From Bacteroidales bacterium (GTDB lineage Bacteria > Bacteroidota > Bacteroidia > Bacteroidales > VadinHA17), in the NCBI GenBank assembly GCA_034522515.1, contig JAXHLF010000025.1, positions 32,498 to 96,497 of the forward strand: DNA of 64,000 nt, in the 5' to 3' direction. The first letter of the stretch is position 1. Every line of letters starts with the position of its first letter. Under the pieces are notes generated by a model that did not search any database, had not been told where the DNA came from, and saw only the letters and a program-made list of their open reading frames with translations. Of this stretch, positions 1 through 10,628 are shown piece after piece. The translations under genes were made by a program, and so were the position numbers.

Positions 1-763
1 CGGAGCCATACTGGCTTTTATGTTCAAGAATTTTATTTTCGATAATATCATCCTCGCTCCCAACAATCCCGATTTTGTCACCAACAGGCTCCTCTGCCGC
101 CTTGCCGATGCAGTAAACGCTCCGGCACTCTGCATCAACCAGAATCCAATTGAGCTCATCAGCATCAAGATGTCGGGACAGTTCACCACACATATAAATA
201 TATCTCTCGTGGCCGGACTGATATTGGCGTTTCCATATGTCTTCTGGGAGTTCTGGTCATTTTTCCGCCCTGCCCTCTATGAAAAGGAAAGGAAGTATGC
301 CCGCGGAGCGGTCACCATGGCTTCAGTCCTCTTCACTATGGGAATCCTCTTCGGTTACTTTATTATAACACCCCTGTCGATAAACTTCCTGGGATCATAC
401 CGGGTCAGTGACATCGTCAACAACCAGATAAACATAACATCATATATCGGTTCAGTCACCTCCGTAGCCCTGTCTGCAGGGATTACCTTTGAACTGCCTA
501 TTGTGGTCTTTTTCCTTGCCCGTATCGGGGTTGTCACCCCGGAATTTATGCGCAAGTACCGAAAGCACGCCATAGTACTCGTCCTCGTGGTTGCGGCTGT
601 GATCACCCCTCCCGACGTCTTCAGCCTGATTCTGGTCACAATACCATTGGTCCTGTTGTACGAAGTAAGTATCTTTATTGCGTCAAGGGTTGTAAGAAAG
701 CGTGCCGAGAAGGATGCCGCGGCCGATGCTGCATCTGAAGCCGAGGCAAGCGCGACGCAGTGA
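1..763 (+). CDS. tatC: Twin-arginine translocase subunit TatC (5'-partial at window edge)
   Basis: ORF 20..763. The frame stays open back to base 2 (GAILAF...), so the N-terminus lies upstream of the window. Polytopic membrane protein with the TatC-type stretch AFPYVFWEFWSFFRPALYEKERKY. Confidence 0.85.
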   Translation, partial: GAILAFMFKNFIFDNIILAPNNPDFVTNRLLCRLADAVNAPALCINQNPIELISIKMSGQFTTHINISLVAGLILAFPYVFWEFWSFFRPALYEKERKYARGAVTMASVLFTMGILFGYFIITPLSINFLGSYRVSDIVNNQINITSYIGSVTSVALSAGITFELPIVVFFLARIGVVTPEFMRKYRKHAIVLVLVVAAVITPPDVFSLILVTIPLVLLYEVSIFIASRVVRKRAEKDAAADAASEAEASATQ

Positions 764-865
764 AAAAAATGAGAGATACCCTCTTCTGAACAAGCAGAGC
801 CATAACAGAAATAAAGTCAGAAATATGGGTGTCACACCAAACCATACCAATCAAATTCACAAAGA

Positions 866-1591
866 ATGAAACTCTATACCACGAACCTGATAAAACGCTA
901 CAAGACGCGGACAGTCGTCAATGAGGTGTCGGTTGAGGTGGAGCAGGGTGAGATCGTCGGGTTGCTGGGGCCCAACGGTGCCGGCAAGACAACCACGTTT
1001 TACATGATGGTCGGACTGATAAGGCCGAACGGCGGCCGGATCTGGCTCGACAATACGGAGATCACCGGTTTTCCGATGTACCGCCGCTCACGGATGGGTA
1101 TTGGGTATCTTGCCCAGGAAGCCTCTGTCTTCCGCAAACTGAGCGTGGAAGACAACCTCATGGCTGTCATGGAGCTCTCTGACATGAAAAAGGAGGAGAG
1201 AAAGGAGCGCCAGGAGCTGCTCCTCGAAGAGTTCGGCCTCGCACGCATACGAAAGAGTCTGGGGACGCAGCTGTCAGGGGGTGAGCGACGCCGTACGGAG
1301 ATAGCGCGGGCACTGGCACTGAATCCTAAATTCATCCTCCTTGACGAACCCTTCGCCGGCGTTGACCCTATCGCGGTGGAAGACATTCAGATGATCGTCT
1401 CCCACCTGAAAGACAAGAACATAGGCATCCTGATAACAGACCATAACGTCCACGAGACCCTCTCCATCACTGACCGTGCCTACCTGCTCTTCGAGGGTAA
1501 AATACTCAAACAGGGCACCTCCTCACAGCTCGCTGACGATGAGCAGGTAAGAAGCGTCTACCTCGGTAAGAACTTCGAACTCAGGAGGTAA
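866..1591 (+). CDS. lptB: LPS export ABC transporter ATP-binding protein LptB
   Basis: 241-aa ORF with Walker [10 protein letters not shown], signature LSGGERRR and Walker B ILLDEP. The C-terminal VYLGKNFEL is typical of LptB. Confidence 0.85.
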   Translation: MKLYTTNLIKRYKTRTVVNEVSVEVEQGEIVGLLGPNGAGKTTTFYMMVGLIRPNGGRIWLDNTEITGFPMYRRSRMGIGYLAQEASVFRKLSVEDNLMAVMELSDMKKEERKERQELLLEEFGLARIRKSLGTQLSGGERRRTEIARALALNPKFILLDEPFAGVDPIAVEDIQMIVSHLKDKNIGILITDHNVHETLSITDRAYLLFEGKILKQGTSSQLADDEQVRSVYLGKNFELRR

Positions 1592-1628
1592 TTTCAGTCG
1601 CGGCCTTTTGTAACTTCATAATATTTAC

Positions 1629-1636
1629 TAATTTTG
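1629..1636 (+). promoter_or_regulatory. Bacteroidota -7 promoter box (TAnnTTTG) upstream of tRNA-Leu
   Basis: TAATTTTG ends 12 nt before the first base of the tRNA. It matches the Bacteroides sigma-A -7 consensus TAnnTTTG. Confidence 0.45.
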
Positions 1637-1647
1637 CGCCACATTTT

Positions 1648-1729
1648 GCGGATGTGTCGTAATTGGTAGCCGAGCAAGACTTAGGATCTTGTGCCTCAGG
1701 GCGTGGGGGTTCGAGTCCCTTCATCCGCA
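1648..1729 (+). tRNA. tRNA-Leu (anticodon TAG)
   Basis: Hand-folded cloverleaf. Acceptor GCGGATG / CATCCGC plus discriminator A. D-loop AATTGGTAG. Anticodon stem CAAGA/TCTTG with loop CT-TAG-GA. Long variable arm (class II) and T-loop TTCGAGT. No encoded CCA. Confidence 0.9.
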
Positions 1730-1831
1730 CTAAACACCAAAACCGCCCGTCCCCCGCTTCGCCCTTCCTCTGTACGGTACGACCGGCTGACGGACCAAAA
1801 GCGGTTTATATAATATGTAGATTTTAACGGG

Positions 1832-3175
1832 ATGAATGTCACCAGAGAGAACATTGACGCGCTGAACGCAACTGTCAGGATCAATATCGTAAAAACCGAT
1901 TACGAGGAGAAAGTTGAAAAGAAGCTCAGGGAATACAGAAGGACAGCCTCAATCAAGGGATTCCGTCCCGGGCACGTGCCCTACACCATGATCAGAAAGC
2001 TGTACGGCACCACCGTTCTTGTTGATGAGATTAATACCATCGTGTCGGAGAGCCTCTCTGATATATATCGGAACGAGAACCTCGATATCCTCGGCGATCC
2101 CCCATCCCGAAGCATGAAGAGCACTCTTTCGAACCCTGAGAAATCACGAGGAGTTTATCTTCTCCTTCGAACTTGGACTGGCTCCGGTGTTCGAGATCAA
2201 TCTCTCGGAAAAGCATGAAGCTCACACGTTACCTCATTGAACCGGACGCGAAGATGATTGCCGACTATGTTGACAATTACGCGCGCAGGAACGAGCGAGC
2301 TCGTAAAAATCGAAACAGTCCGAGGAGAAGGATGTGCTCAAGGGCTCAATCTCTTCAGCCGACGGCAGCATAACCAATGATGACACTTCGCTCTCAGTTG
2401 ACCTGGTGAAGGACGAATCGCTGAAAAAGAGTTCATCGGGAAAGCGGAGGGTGACACCATCACATTCGATATCCGCACAGCCGTTCCCGAATGACTATGA
2501 GATCGCCGGGATTTTACGGAAGCAGAAGGATGAGGTCAAGGATCTCAACGGGCTCTTTACGCTTACGGTAAGGGAGGTATCGCGCTTTCATGCCTGCAGA
2601 AAACGACCAGGCGCTGTGGGACAAGGTCTACGGAGAAGGAACAGTCAGCTCGGTTGAGGAGTTCGAGGCAAAGGTAACCGACAGAGATAAAGCAATACTT
2701 CAGCCGAGACCGGATTATAAGCTGCGGACCGATGCCCGTGACATGCTGTTTACAGAAGATACCGTTCGAACTGCCTGAAGAGTTCCTCAAGAGATGGCTG
2801 TTGAGGGTCAATGAGAAAACCACCCCCGAGGAGATAGAGAAAGACTGGGATCATTTCCGTGATGATCTGCGCTGGCAGCTTATCAAGAACAGGGTGGCAA
2901 AGGACAACGGAACTGAAGATCACTGATAGAGGAGATACCTTGCCGAAGCAAAGGAATTCACCAGGGCGCAGTTCACGCAATACGGCCTCTACTATGCAAC
3001 CGACGAGCAGATCACATCATTTGCAAGGGACATGCTCAAGAAGGAGGATGATGCGCGCCGTATAGCCGAGAAAGTACTGGATACCAGGGTACTGGATGTA
3101 GTCATTGAAGCCATGAAGGTGGAAGATAAACAGGTTTCGGCAGAGGAATTTAACAAGCTCTTCGAGAAGAAGTGA
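1832..3175 (+). CDS. tig: Trigger factor (peptidyl-prolyl isomerase), multiply frameshifted in this sequence
   Basis: ORF fragments 1832..2218, 2173..2373, 2334..2657, 2590..2778 and 2732..2926 read consecutively as one trigger factor. An unlisted tail (...FARDMLKKEDDARRIAEKVLDTRVLDVVIEAMKVEDKQVSAEEFNKLFEKK, stop 3173..3175) completes it. The N-terminus is MNVTRENIDALNATVRINIVKTDYEEKVEKKLREYRRTASIKGFRPGHVP. There are at least 5 frame changes. Sits in tig-clpP-clpX synteny. Confidence 0.85.
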
Positions 3176-3228
3176 AACCTTAAAGGTGATATTTTCGTAT
3201 ATTTGGAACTCAACCAATAAGATCAATT

Positions 3229-3910
3229 ATGTCAGATAATAAGGATTTCAAAAGATATGCTGCTGACCGTTTCGGGATCAGCAGTCTTACGATGCACCGT
3301 TATGTCTCGGCGAGCAACGGTTACATGTCACCCACAATCATCGAGGAACGTCAGTTGAATGTAGCCTCAATGGACGTCTTTTCGCGCCTTATGATGGACC
3401 GTATAATCTTTCTCGGGTTGCCGGTTGACGATTATGTTGCAAATATCATTCAGGCTCAGCTGCTTTACCTTGATTCTTCTGATCCGGGCAAGGACATTCA
3501 GATATACCTTAGACGCCCGGACGGAGCAGTGCATGCAGGGATGGGCATTTATGACACCATGCAGTACATCTACGGCCGATGTGGCTGCATCTGCACCGGC
3601 ACATGGCTGCCTCCATGGGAGCCATCCTTCTCTACAGCCGGCACAAAAGGCAAGAGGTCAGCATTGAAGCACTCGCGGATCATGATCCACCAGCCTATGG
3701 GAGGCGCAGAGGGACAGGCCAGTGACATAGAGATAGTTGTCAAAGAGATAACTGAAGATCAAGAAGGAGATTTATGAGAGTATTGGCATTGCATACCGGC
3801 CAGCCTGTTGAAAGGTTGAGAAGGATGCTGACCGCGACCACTGGATGACAGCTACCGAGGCGAAGGAGTACGGCATGATAGACGAGGTCCTGTCAAGAAC
3901 AAAGAAATAG
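3229..3910 (+). CDS. clpP: ATP-dependent Clp protease proteolytic subunit ClpP, multiply frameshifted
   Basis: N-terminus IIEERQLNVASMDVFSRLMMDRIIFLGLPVDDYVANIIQAQLLYLDSSDPGKDIQIYL. The catalytic-Ser motif MAASMGAILL is readable only in another frame near 3610. RSALKHSRIMIHQPMGGAEGQASDIEI is back in the first frame. The tail DRDHWMTATEAKEYGMIDEVLSRTKK ends at TAG 3908..3910. Several indels lie between about 3570-3640 and 3775-3840. Confidence 0.85.
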
Positions 3911-3919
3911 ACGGTACCG

Positions 3920-5135
3920 ATGGATAAATGCTCATTCTGCGGACGGACAAAGAAAGAGGCAAACCTGCTCATAGCGGGTCTTGAGGGCCATATCTGCGAC
4001 CACTGCATTGAGCAGGCTCACAATATAATGTCCGAGGAGCTGGGCAGCAAATCGACGTTCAACCTTGACAGCATCAAGCTCGCGCAAGCCGGAAGAGATT
4101 AAGGGTTTTCTTGATCAGTATGTCATCGGACAGGAAAAAGCCAAAAAGATCCTGTCCGTAGCTGTCTACAACCACTACAAGAGGCTGATGCAGAGAGCTG
4201 ACAGTGACGATGTTGAGATAGAGAAATCAAATATCGTCCTGGTGGGTGAGACAGGCACCGGCAAGACCCTTCTGGCCCGTACCATAGCCCGCATGCTCAA
4301 TGTTCCCTTCACCATCGTCGATGCCACGGTCCTTACCGAGGCCGGATATGTAGGGGAAGATATAGAGAGTCTGCTTACGCGTCTCCTCCAGAACGCCGAT
4401 TATGATGTAAAGGCGGCGGAGAAGGGTATTGTGTTTATTGACGAGCTCGACAAGATAGCGCGTAAGGGCGATAACCCTTCCATCACCCGCGATGTGTCGG
4501 GTGAGGGTGTGCAGCAGGGCCTTCTGAAGCTTCTTGAGGGTGCCATAGTGAACGTGCCCCCACAGGGCGGAAGGAAACACCCGGAACAGAAGATGATCCC
4601 CGTGGATACAAAGAACATACTCTTCATCTGCGGCGGAGCATTCGAGGGGATTGAGAAAAAGATAGCGCACAGGCTGAACACCACCGTGGTAGGATATACA
4701 GCCAGCCGTTCGCGTGACCGTTATGACAAGGAGGATCTCCTGAAGTATATTGCCCCGCAGGACCTCAGGGCCTACGGTCTCATACCCGAGATCATCGGCC
4801 GCCTGCCGGTGCTGACTCACCTATCCCCGCTTGATGCAAAGGCGTTAAGGGCTATCCTCACCGAGCCGAAAAATGCAATCACCAAACAGTATATCAAGCT
4901 GTTTGCCATGGACGGCATCGAACTGACCTTCACTCCTGAATCACTTGACTACATTGTTGACAAGGCGGTTGAATTCAGGCTGGGCGCCAGGGGCCTCCGG
5001 GCCATCTGCGAGGCCATCATGATGGACGCCATGTTCGAGCTTCCGTCAGGAGATCAAAAGGAGTTCGCGGTGACCACCGAATATGCCGCCCACAAGCTGG
5101 AGAGGGTGGACATGAAAATCCTCAAGGCATCATAA
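3920..5135 (+). CDS. clpX: ATP-dependent Clp protease ATP-binding subunit ClpX, one frameshift near 4075
   Basis: Zinc-finger N-domain ([27 protein letters not shown]) in ORF 3920..4102. AAA+ body in ORF 4065..5135, with Walker A GETGTGKT, Walker B FIDELDKI and sensor motifs. Follows clpP. Confidence 0.9.
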
Positions 5136-5141
5136 AAAAAC

Positions 5142-5176
5142 CCCCGGTTCCGCCAGAGTGCAGACCGGGGTTTTTT
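5142..5176 (+). terminator. Rho-independent terminator after clpX
   Basis: Stem CCCCGGT (5142-5148) / ACCGGGG (5164-5170), followed by TTTTTT (5171-5176), directly after the clpX stop. Confidence 0.7.
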
Positions 5177-5223
5177 ATCGATTATTGCAGAGACGCAGTG
5201 ATACTGTGTCTCAACATGTATCC

Positions 5224-6079
5224 TCAGATCATTATATGCAGGTTATATTTCGGATGCCTGAACCGGAGGGTTATCTCCTTTGTCTCATCACCCCTTGAGA
5301 GTGTTGCATCAGCATCGCATTCACCGTCGCCGTAGTCGAGCGTAAACGGTTCTATCCCCTCTATCTCAAACCCAATCGTACCCCTCACCAGGAACCTGCA
5401 GGCAGCAGTCCACTCAAGCGGAGTTGATAATAGTGTGGAGTATAGGCCACGCCGTTAAGATTTGTTCCGGCAGCCATACCGGTTATAAGACACCTGTCGT
5501 CCCACGGATTCCATGTGGCATAACCATCAATGTATTCCCTTTCACGGTCGAACTCATGGGTAATGGTCTTTTCATCAGGGAAAGTGATCTTTCCGCCGCT
5601 AAGAACAGCAGAGAAAACGACATTCTGATTATTGTTGGGGCCGAGGTTGGTTACGGTCTTCGTCCCTTCAATCTTTGCCCCGTTGACATAATAGTCCTGG
5701 AAGGTAAGGGTCCTGACCGAACCAACCTCGCGCCTGGGGGCAGAAAGGGTAATGAGGATCTTGCCGCTTCGGACAACATCATATAGGCCTTCACAACCTG
5801 TCCCATATCAATCACTATATTGCGTGGCCAGAACTCCTGTCCTGCAGAAGTGATTGTTATCAGCGGACAGGTATCGGAAACAGAGGCGGACTTTAAACCA
5901 GCCTCGGCCATCACGGAGGCGATCTTAAGCGAGGCAAAGGCATCATCAAAAAGCGCCTCTGAGAGGGCAGCATCATCGGCTGCCTCAAGGCTTGATGTCT
6001 CAAGCGGGGTCGACTTCTGGCATGATGTAAAGACGAAACCCGCGAGGATCATAATAAGAATCACTGACTTTGTTTTCAT
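5224..6079 (-). CDS. Hypothetical lipoprotein, frameshifted (at least 2 sites)
   Basis: ORF 5651..6079 starts with the lipoprotein signal MKTKSVILIMILAGFVFTSC. After about 5790 the coding sense continues in another minus-strand frame (...TLTFQDYYVNGAKIEGTKTVTNLGPNNNQNVVFSAVLSGGKITFPDEKTITHEFDREREYIDGYATWNPWDD...) down to a stop at 5224..5226. Confidence 0.55.
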
Positions 6080-6167
6080 AATAGAGTTTGTTTAAGTGTT
6101 CTGTGTTTGTCTGTATCTCTGAGACTACAGAAAACACTCAGGGTTTAACGCTAAAATGAAAAAAAAG

Positions 6168-6657
6168 TTACTTCCGGCGGAGATATGTTGTGTAGGTGAA
6201 GCTGATTGCGCCGGGATCTTCGGCCATATACTCTTCTTTTTCAGAAACATACCATTCGTCGGCATCTATCTCAGGGAAAAAGGTATCGGCCGGTGAACTC
6301 ATCATGCATATGTGTAACCATCAGCCTGTCGGCAAGGGGCATGAACTGCCTGTAGACGGAGCCTCCTCCGATAATGAAGATCTCTTTCCCCGGTTCGCAG
6401 AGAGCCAGGCCTCCATCTATCGACCTGGCGGTTTCTGCGCAGTCAAAACAGTCGAGCTCATTGTCGGTGAGCACAATATTCTTCCGTCCGGCCAGCGGCT
6501 TGCTGGGCAATGACTCCCATGTCTTCTTGCCCATTACCAGACAGTGTCCCATGGTGATCTTTTTAAATCTCTGCAGATCACCCGGAAGATGTGCAAGGAG
6601 GTTGTTCCTGTATCCTATTCCGTTCTTACTGTCTGTAGCTACAATTATGGTGATCAT
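6168..6657 (-). CDS. folA: Dihydrofolate reductase, C-terminal frameshift near 6280
   Basis: MITIIVATDSKNGIGYRNNLLAHLPGDLQRFKKITMGHCLVMGKKTWESLP...IIGGGSVY are DHFR motifs. The C-terminal part (...FPEIDADEWYVSEKEEYMAEDPGAISFTYTTYLRRK) is readable in a second frame and ends at 6168. Lies immediately downstream of thyA. Confidence 0.85.
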
Positions 6658-6695
6658 CTCATACAGATATTTCGCCTTTTATGGCAGGGTGAGGA

Positions 6696-7460
6696 TCATA
6701 GCGCTGTCAGCGTAAAATCCTCGTACTTGAATGAAAGTATATCATCTGACCTCACCGGATTCAGTGCCATCACCGGCAGCGGGCGGGGTTCGCGGGTTAG
6801 CTGCAGCCGTACCTGGGCCAGATGATTGAGGTATATATGTGCATCTCCGCAGGGTGTGTGATGAACTCCCGGGCTCGTATCCCGTCGACCTGGGCCATCA
6901 TCAGCGTCAGCAGCGGAATATGAGGCGATGTTGAATGGCACGCCCAGGAAGATGTCGGCACTGCGCTGATATAGCTGGCATGAGATTCTTCCTCCTGCAA
7001 CATAAAACTGGAAGAGGATATGGCAGGGAGGAAGCGCCATCTTCTCTATCTCGCCCACGTTCCATGCTGAGACGATATGTCTGCGCGAGTCTGGATTGTT
7101 TTTCAGGGAGCTGACCACCGCCTCTATCTGGTCGATGGTTCTGCCGTCAGCTGCCGGCCACGAACGCCACTGATAGCCATATACCGGCCCCAGGTTCCCT
7201 TCGGGGTCTGCCCACTCGTTCCAGATTCTGACACCGTTCTCCTGAAGATACTTCACGTTTGTGCTGCCGCTCAGGAACCAGAGGAGTTCGTGAATGATCG
7301 ATTTAAGATGCAGCCTTTTGGTTGTCATCAAGGGGAAACGTTCCGACAGGTCAAACCGCATCTGGTAACCGAAGGTACTTATGGTACCCGTGCCGGTGCG
7401 GTCTCTCTTTTCAACGCCATGTTCAATCACATGGCTCAGCAGGTCAAGATATTGCTTCAT
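6696..7460 (-). CDS. thyA: Thymidylate synthase ThyA (contains an internal out-of-frame stretch)
   Basis: [38 protein letters not shown]...[11 protein letters not shown]...[14 protein letters not shown]...GDAHIYLNH are ThyA motifs. The start is taken at MKQY (ATG 7458-7460) rather than the upstream ORF start. The conserved [18 protein letters not shown] segment is only readable in the frame of ORF 6797..7003. Confidence 0.9.
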   Translation of the reverse strand: MKQYLDLLSHVIEHGVEKRDRTGTGTISTFGYQMRFDLSERFPLMTTKRLHLKSIIHELLWFLSGSTNVKYLQENGVRIWNEWADPEGNLGPVYGYQWRSWPAADGRTIDQIEAVVSSLKNNPDSRRHIVSAWNVGEIEKMALPPCHILFQFYVAGGRISCQLYQRSADIFLGVPFNIASYSAADADDGPGRRDTSPGVHHTPCGDAHIYLNHLAQVRLQLTREPRPLPVMALNPVRSDDILSFKYEDFTLTAL

Positions 7461-7523
7461 AGTCTTTATTCGAAATAGTTGACGGCACGGGTAATCTTTA
7501 CCACCCACCGCCGGGGGACATGC

Positions 7524-8207
7524 TTATCTCCATCTCCCGGTACCGGCCTTACGGCTGAGCCCGACGCCGATTCTCCATATCTCCTTCCTTTTTCTACCTG
7601 ATTTGTCCTTTTCTGTCTTGGCCAGCTCGTCACGTATGGGCTGCTGCCTGTTCATAATCTTCGCGGTCCAATAGCATCAGCGAGCATCTCCTTAAGGTCC
7701 TCGGGTGTAAACTCGCCATATTCGCTTGAGACAGCAGGCTTCTTCTGACGCGGCTCTTCGCCCGGTTTCTTCTGTTCCTCCTCTGTAGAAGCGCTCATGA
7801 CAATGCCTGCTTCATTCAGTATCTGCGGTTCGATGAAGATGGGGCATTCGAATCTCAGGGCCAGGGCAACAGCATCAGAGGTGCGGGAATCGATATTGAA
7901 AACGTCTCTCACCGTCAGTGCAGACTATCTCTGAATAGAAGATGCCTTCACGTAGCTTATTGATAAGCACCTGCTCCACAGTCACGCCGCAGGCGAGGGC
8001 AAAGCTCCTGAACAGATCATGGGTCAGTGGCCTGGGAGGCTCCAGGTTCTCAAGTTTAATGACTATGGCCTGAGCCTCAAACCCCCCGATAATGATCGGT
8101 ATCCGTCTCTCACCATTCTCTTCCGCCAGAATGAGAGCATAGGCTCCGGACTGAGTCTGACTGTAAGAAATACCTATGACCTTCAGACGAATAAGCTTAT
8201 TCTGCAT
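7524..8207 (-). CDS. Bifunctional nuclease family (DUF151) protein with C-terminal UVR motif, frameshifted
   Basis: The start MQNKLIRLKVIGISYSQTQSGAYALILAEENGERRIPIIIGGFEAQAIVIKLE...PRPLTHDL is the C-terminal part of the otherwise spurious ORF 7875..9251. The gene continues in ORF 7652..7912 (DSRTSDAVALALRFECPIFIE...). A UVR-like REDYEQAAA.RDELAK is then readable in shifted frames down to about 7524. Confidence 0.7.
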
Positions 8208-8349
8208 AGTTAACCAGGTTTTCAAGCCGACAGGCCGATATGACAAATATAAAGAATAAGAATCTTTATCATCCCGGTGATTGAATTTTTTATCCACAGC
8301 ATGTTGGTGATAAATTAATCGCGTCGATTTGTAAATAAGTTTATTTTTA

Positions 8350-8357
8350 TATCTTTG
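8350..8357 (+). promoter_or_regulatory. Bacteroidota -7 promoter box (TATCTTTG) upstream of rplU
   Basis: Exact TAnnTTTG match about 94 nt upstream of the rplU ATG. A TTTG lies about 20 nt further upstream as a possible -33 element. Confidence 0.45.
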
Positions 8358-8450
8358 CAGTCCGAAAAACAGAGATCCGGAGGGGCCCGCAGAAGTGTCA
8401 TGCACAGAGGAGCATGTCCGCCTCACGGAGTAATAAAAGAGAGATTGAAA

Positions 8451-8954
8451 ATGTACGCAATCGTAGAAATTGCCGGTCAGCAGTTCAAGGTGGAAGAGGG
8501 AAAGAAGATCTTCGTTCACCGTCTGGATGCAGAAGAAGGCGATAATGTAGAGTTTGAAAAGGTTCTCCTGCTGGATAATGACGGAACAGTCACCGTTGGT
8601 GAACCGGTCATCGAAGGCACGGTGGTCGAAGGCAAGGTCCTGGCCCACCCGCGAGGTGACAAAGTAATAATCTTCAAGAAGAAGAGAAGAAAAGGGTATC
8701 AGAAAAGAAGCGGACACCGTCAGGACTTCACCCAGGTGGAGATACTGAGCATCGGCCCCAGGGGAGAAGAGAAGAAGAAAGCTGCTCCCAAAGCTGAGAG
8801 AAAAGTAACCGTGGCACCCGTTGCCGAAGAGGTGAAAGAAGAGGTCAAAAAGGCCCCGGCAAAGAAAGCAGCCGCAAAAAAAGAGCCGGCAGAAAAGAAG
8901 GAGGCCGTAAAAAAAGCACCGGCAAAGAGCACAAAGAAACCGGCAAAGGAATAA
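8451..8954 (+). CDS. rplU: 50S ribosomal protein L21 with lysine/alanine-rich C-terminal extension
   Basis: [25 protein letters not shown]...[28 protein letters not shown] is the L21 core. It is followed by about 65 aa of K/A/E/P-rich tail. The start is taken at ATG 8451 inside ORF 8355..8954. Confidence 0.9.
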   Translation: MYAIVEIAGQQFKVEEGKKIFVHRLDAEEGDNVEFEKVLLLDNDGTVTVGEPVIEGTVVEGKVLAHPRGDKVIIFKKKRRKGYQKRSGHRQDFTQVEILSIGPRGEEKKKAAPKAERKVTVAPVAEEVKEEVKKAPAKKAAAKKEPAEKKEAVKKAPAKSTKKPAKE

Positions 8955-8979
8955 CCGATAAACAGTAAAAAATAAGGAT

Positions 8980-9240
8980 ATGGCACACAAGAAAGGTGTA
9001 GGCAGTTCACGCAACGGCCGCGATTCAGAAAGCAAAAGGCTTGGTGTCAAGCTCTTCGGAGGACAGACAGTTAAGGCCGGCAGCATCATCGTTCGCCAGC
9101 GCGGTACCACACACAACCCCGGTGAAAACGTCGGGATAGGCAGGGACCATACTCTCTTTGCCCTCATCGACGGGAAGATAGTATTCAAGAAGAAGAGTGA
9201 CAACAAATCATATGTCTCTGTTCTGCCCGCAGCAGAATAA
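8980..9240 (+). CDS. rpmA: 50S ribosomal protein L27
   Basis: [43 protein letters not shown] is the canonical L27 N-terminus. rplU-rpmA synteny. Confidence 0.95.
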   Translation: MAHKKGVGSSRNGRDSESKRLGVKLFGGQTVKAGSIIVRQRGTTHNPGENVGIGRDHTLFALIDGKIVFKKKSDNKSYVSVLPAAE

Positions 9241-9264
9241 GTAACGGTCACTGTAAGATACTGG

Positions 9265-9307
9265 CTCCTGAAAATATACGCGCAAGCGCATCTTTTCAGG
9301 AGTTTTT
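9265..9307 (+). terminator. Rho-independent terminator after rpmA
   Basis: 10-bp stem CTCCTGAAAA (9265-9274) / TTTTCAGGAG (9293-9302), followed by TTTTT. Confidence 0.75.
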
Positions 9308-9349
9308 GTTTTATTTTTACGCTCCTTATACGATCAAAACCCGTCAGCG

Positions 9350-10615
9350 ATGCTTACAATAAACCTTATCCGCGAACAATCTTCATCAGTCATTGAGAGG
9401 CTCAGGGTCAAGAATTTCGACGCCACCGCCATTGTCGGGCTCGTGCTTGACCTCGACCGCCGCCGCCGCGAGCTGCAGACCGAGGGTGATGCGGTGCAGG
9501 CCGGACTTAACAACCTTGCCAGGGAGATCGGGTCACTCATGAAAGAGGGCAAAAAGGCTGAGGCCGAGGCTGCCAAGAGTGGCATAGGCGCTCTGAAGGA
9601 GAAACAAAAAAGACTCTCCGAGACCCTTGACGATGTAAGCCGTGAGATGCAGGCCGAGCTGATAAGACTGCCCAACCTCCCCCACCCGCTGGTCGTTGCG
9701 GGCAAGAGCGCCGAGGATAACGTCATGGTCCGCAGCGGAGGCACAATCAAAGAGCTTCATGCCGGTGCGGTGCCGCACTGGGACCTGATAAAGAAATATG
9801 ATATCATAGACTTCGACCTGGGGATAAAGATCACCGGCGCAGGCTTCCCTGTCTATAAAGGTAAGGGCGCCAGGCTGCAGAGGGCCCTGATCAACTTCTT
9901 CCTGGACGAGGGTGGAAAAGCCGGATACCGCGAGATAGAACCACCGATACTGGTGAATGAAGATTCCGGGTTCGGCACCGGACAGCTGCCCGACAAGGAG
10001 GGACAGATGTACCATGTTGGCATTGACAACCTTTATATGATACCCACTGCCGAGGTGCCCATCACCAATATCTACCGCGATGTGATCCTCGATGCCGCAG
10101 ACCTGCCTGTCAAAAACATGGGCTACACCCCCTGCTTCCGCCGTGAGGCCGGATCGTGGGGTGCGCATGTCAGGGGACTGAACAGGCTGCATCAGTTCGA
10201 TAAGGTGGAGATTGTGCAGATAGCCCATCCCGACAGGTCTTATGATTCGCTTGAGGAGATGGTCAGTCATGTCGAGAGCCTGCTGGTGAAGCTCGAGCTG
10301 CCTTACCGAATCGTCAGGCTGTGCGGAGGTGACATGTCATTCACCTCGGCCATGACCTATGACTTCGAGGTGTGGTCAGCGGCACAGCAGCGCTGGCTTG
10401 AGGTGAGTTCAACATCAAACTTTGAATCCTTCCAGGCCAACAGGCTCAAGTGCCGCTTCAGGGAGAAGGGGGCCAAACAGACCACGCTCTGTCATACCCT
10501 TAACGGCAGCGCCCTGGCACTGCCCCGCATCGTGGCCGCACTGCTCAGAACAACCAGACCCCGAAGGCATAAAGTGCCATCCGCACACCGGCGCCTTACA
10601 CCGGGTTTGAGCTGA
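9350..10615 (+). CDS. serS: Seryl-tRNA synthetase, C-terminal frameshift(s) near 10540-10590
   Basis: N-terminal coiled-coil arm. Class II core with FRREAGS, GLNRLHQFDKVE and TLNGSALALPRIVAALL. The expected end (...TPEGIKVPS...) is split between the main frame and ORF 10422..10610. Confidence 0.9.
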   Translation: MLTINLIREQSSSVIERLRVKNFDATAIVGLVLDLDRRRRELQTEGDAVQAGLNNLAREIGSLMKEGKKAEAEAAKSGIGALKEKQKRLSETLDDVSREMQAELIRLPNLPHPLVVAGKSAEDNVMVRSGGTIKELHAGAVPHWDLIKKYDIIDFDLGIKITGAGFPVYKGKGARLQRALINFFLDEGGKAGYREIEPPILVNEDSGFGTGQLPDKEGQMYHVGIDNLYMIPTAEVPITNIYRDVILDAADLPVKNMGYTPCFRREAGSWGAHVRGLNRLHQFDKVEIVQIAHPDRSYDSLEEMVSHVESLLVKLELPYRIVRLCGGDMSFTSAMTYDFEVWSAAQQRWLEVSSTSNFESFQANRLKCRFREKGAKQTTLCHTLNGSALALPRIVAALLRTTRPRRHKVPSAHRRLTPGLS

Positions 10616-10628
10616 TCAGCTGAAACAA

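Noticed and set aside
1730-1831. Possible structured RNA between tRNA-Leu and tig (C-rich tract, AAACCGC...GCGGTTT)
   Set aside because: Only a distal 7-bp pairing encloses 55 nt, with no convincing internal helices. It is more likely a weak terminator or spacer. I cannot support it as an ncRNA.
1832-3226. Treating the many 60-130-aa ORFs in 1.8-3.2 kb and 3.2-4.1 kb as separate small genes
   Set aside because: Their translations concatenate into one trigger factor, one ClpP and one ClpX in the canonical tig-clpP-clpX order. They are fragments created by indels.
8358-8450. Structured ribosomal-protein leader upstream of rplU
   Set aside because: I found only a 5-bp hairpin (CATGC-N8-GCATG, 8399-8416) and no resemblance I can recognise to known L21-leader motifs. 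That is not enough to call an RNA element.
7875-9251. 458-aa minus-strand ORF spanning the rplU-rpmA region
   Set aside because: Only its last ~110 codons (from MQNKLIRLKV, ATG 8207) are a real gene, the DUF151 nuclease. The rest is antisense to L21/L27 and their K/A-rich tail, with F/L/C-rich nonsense composition.
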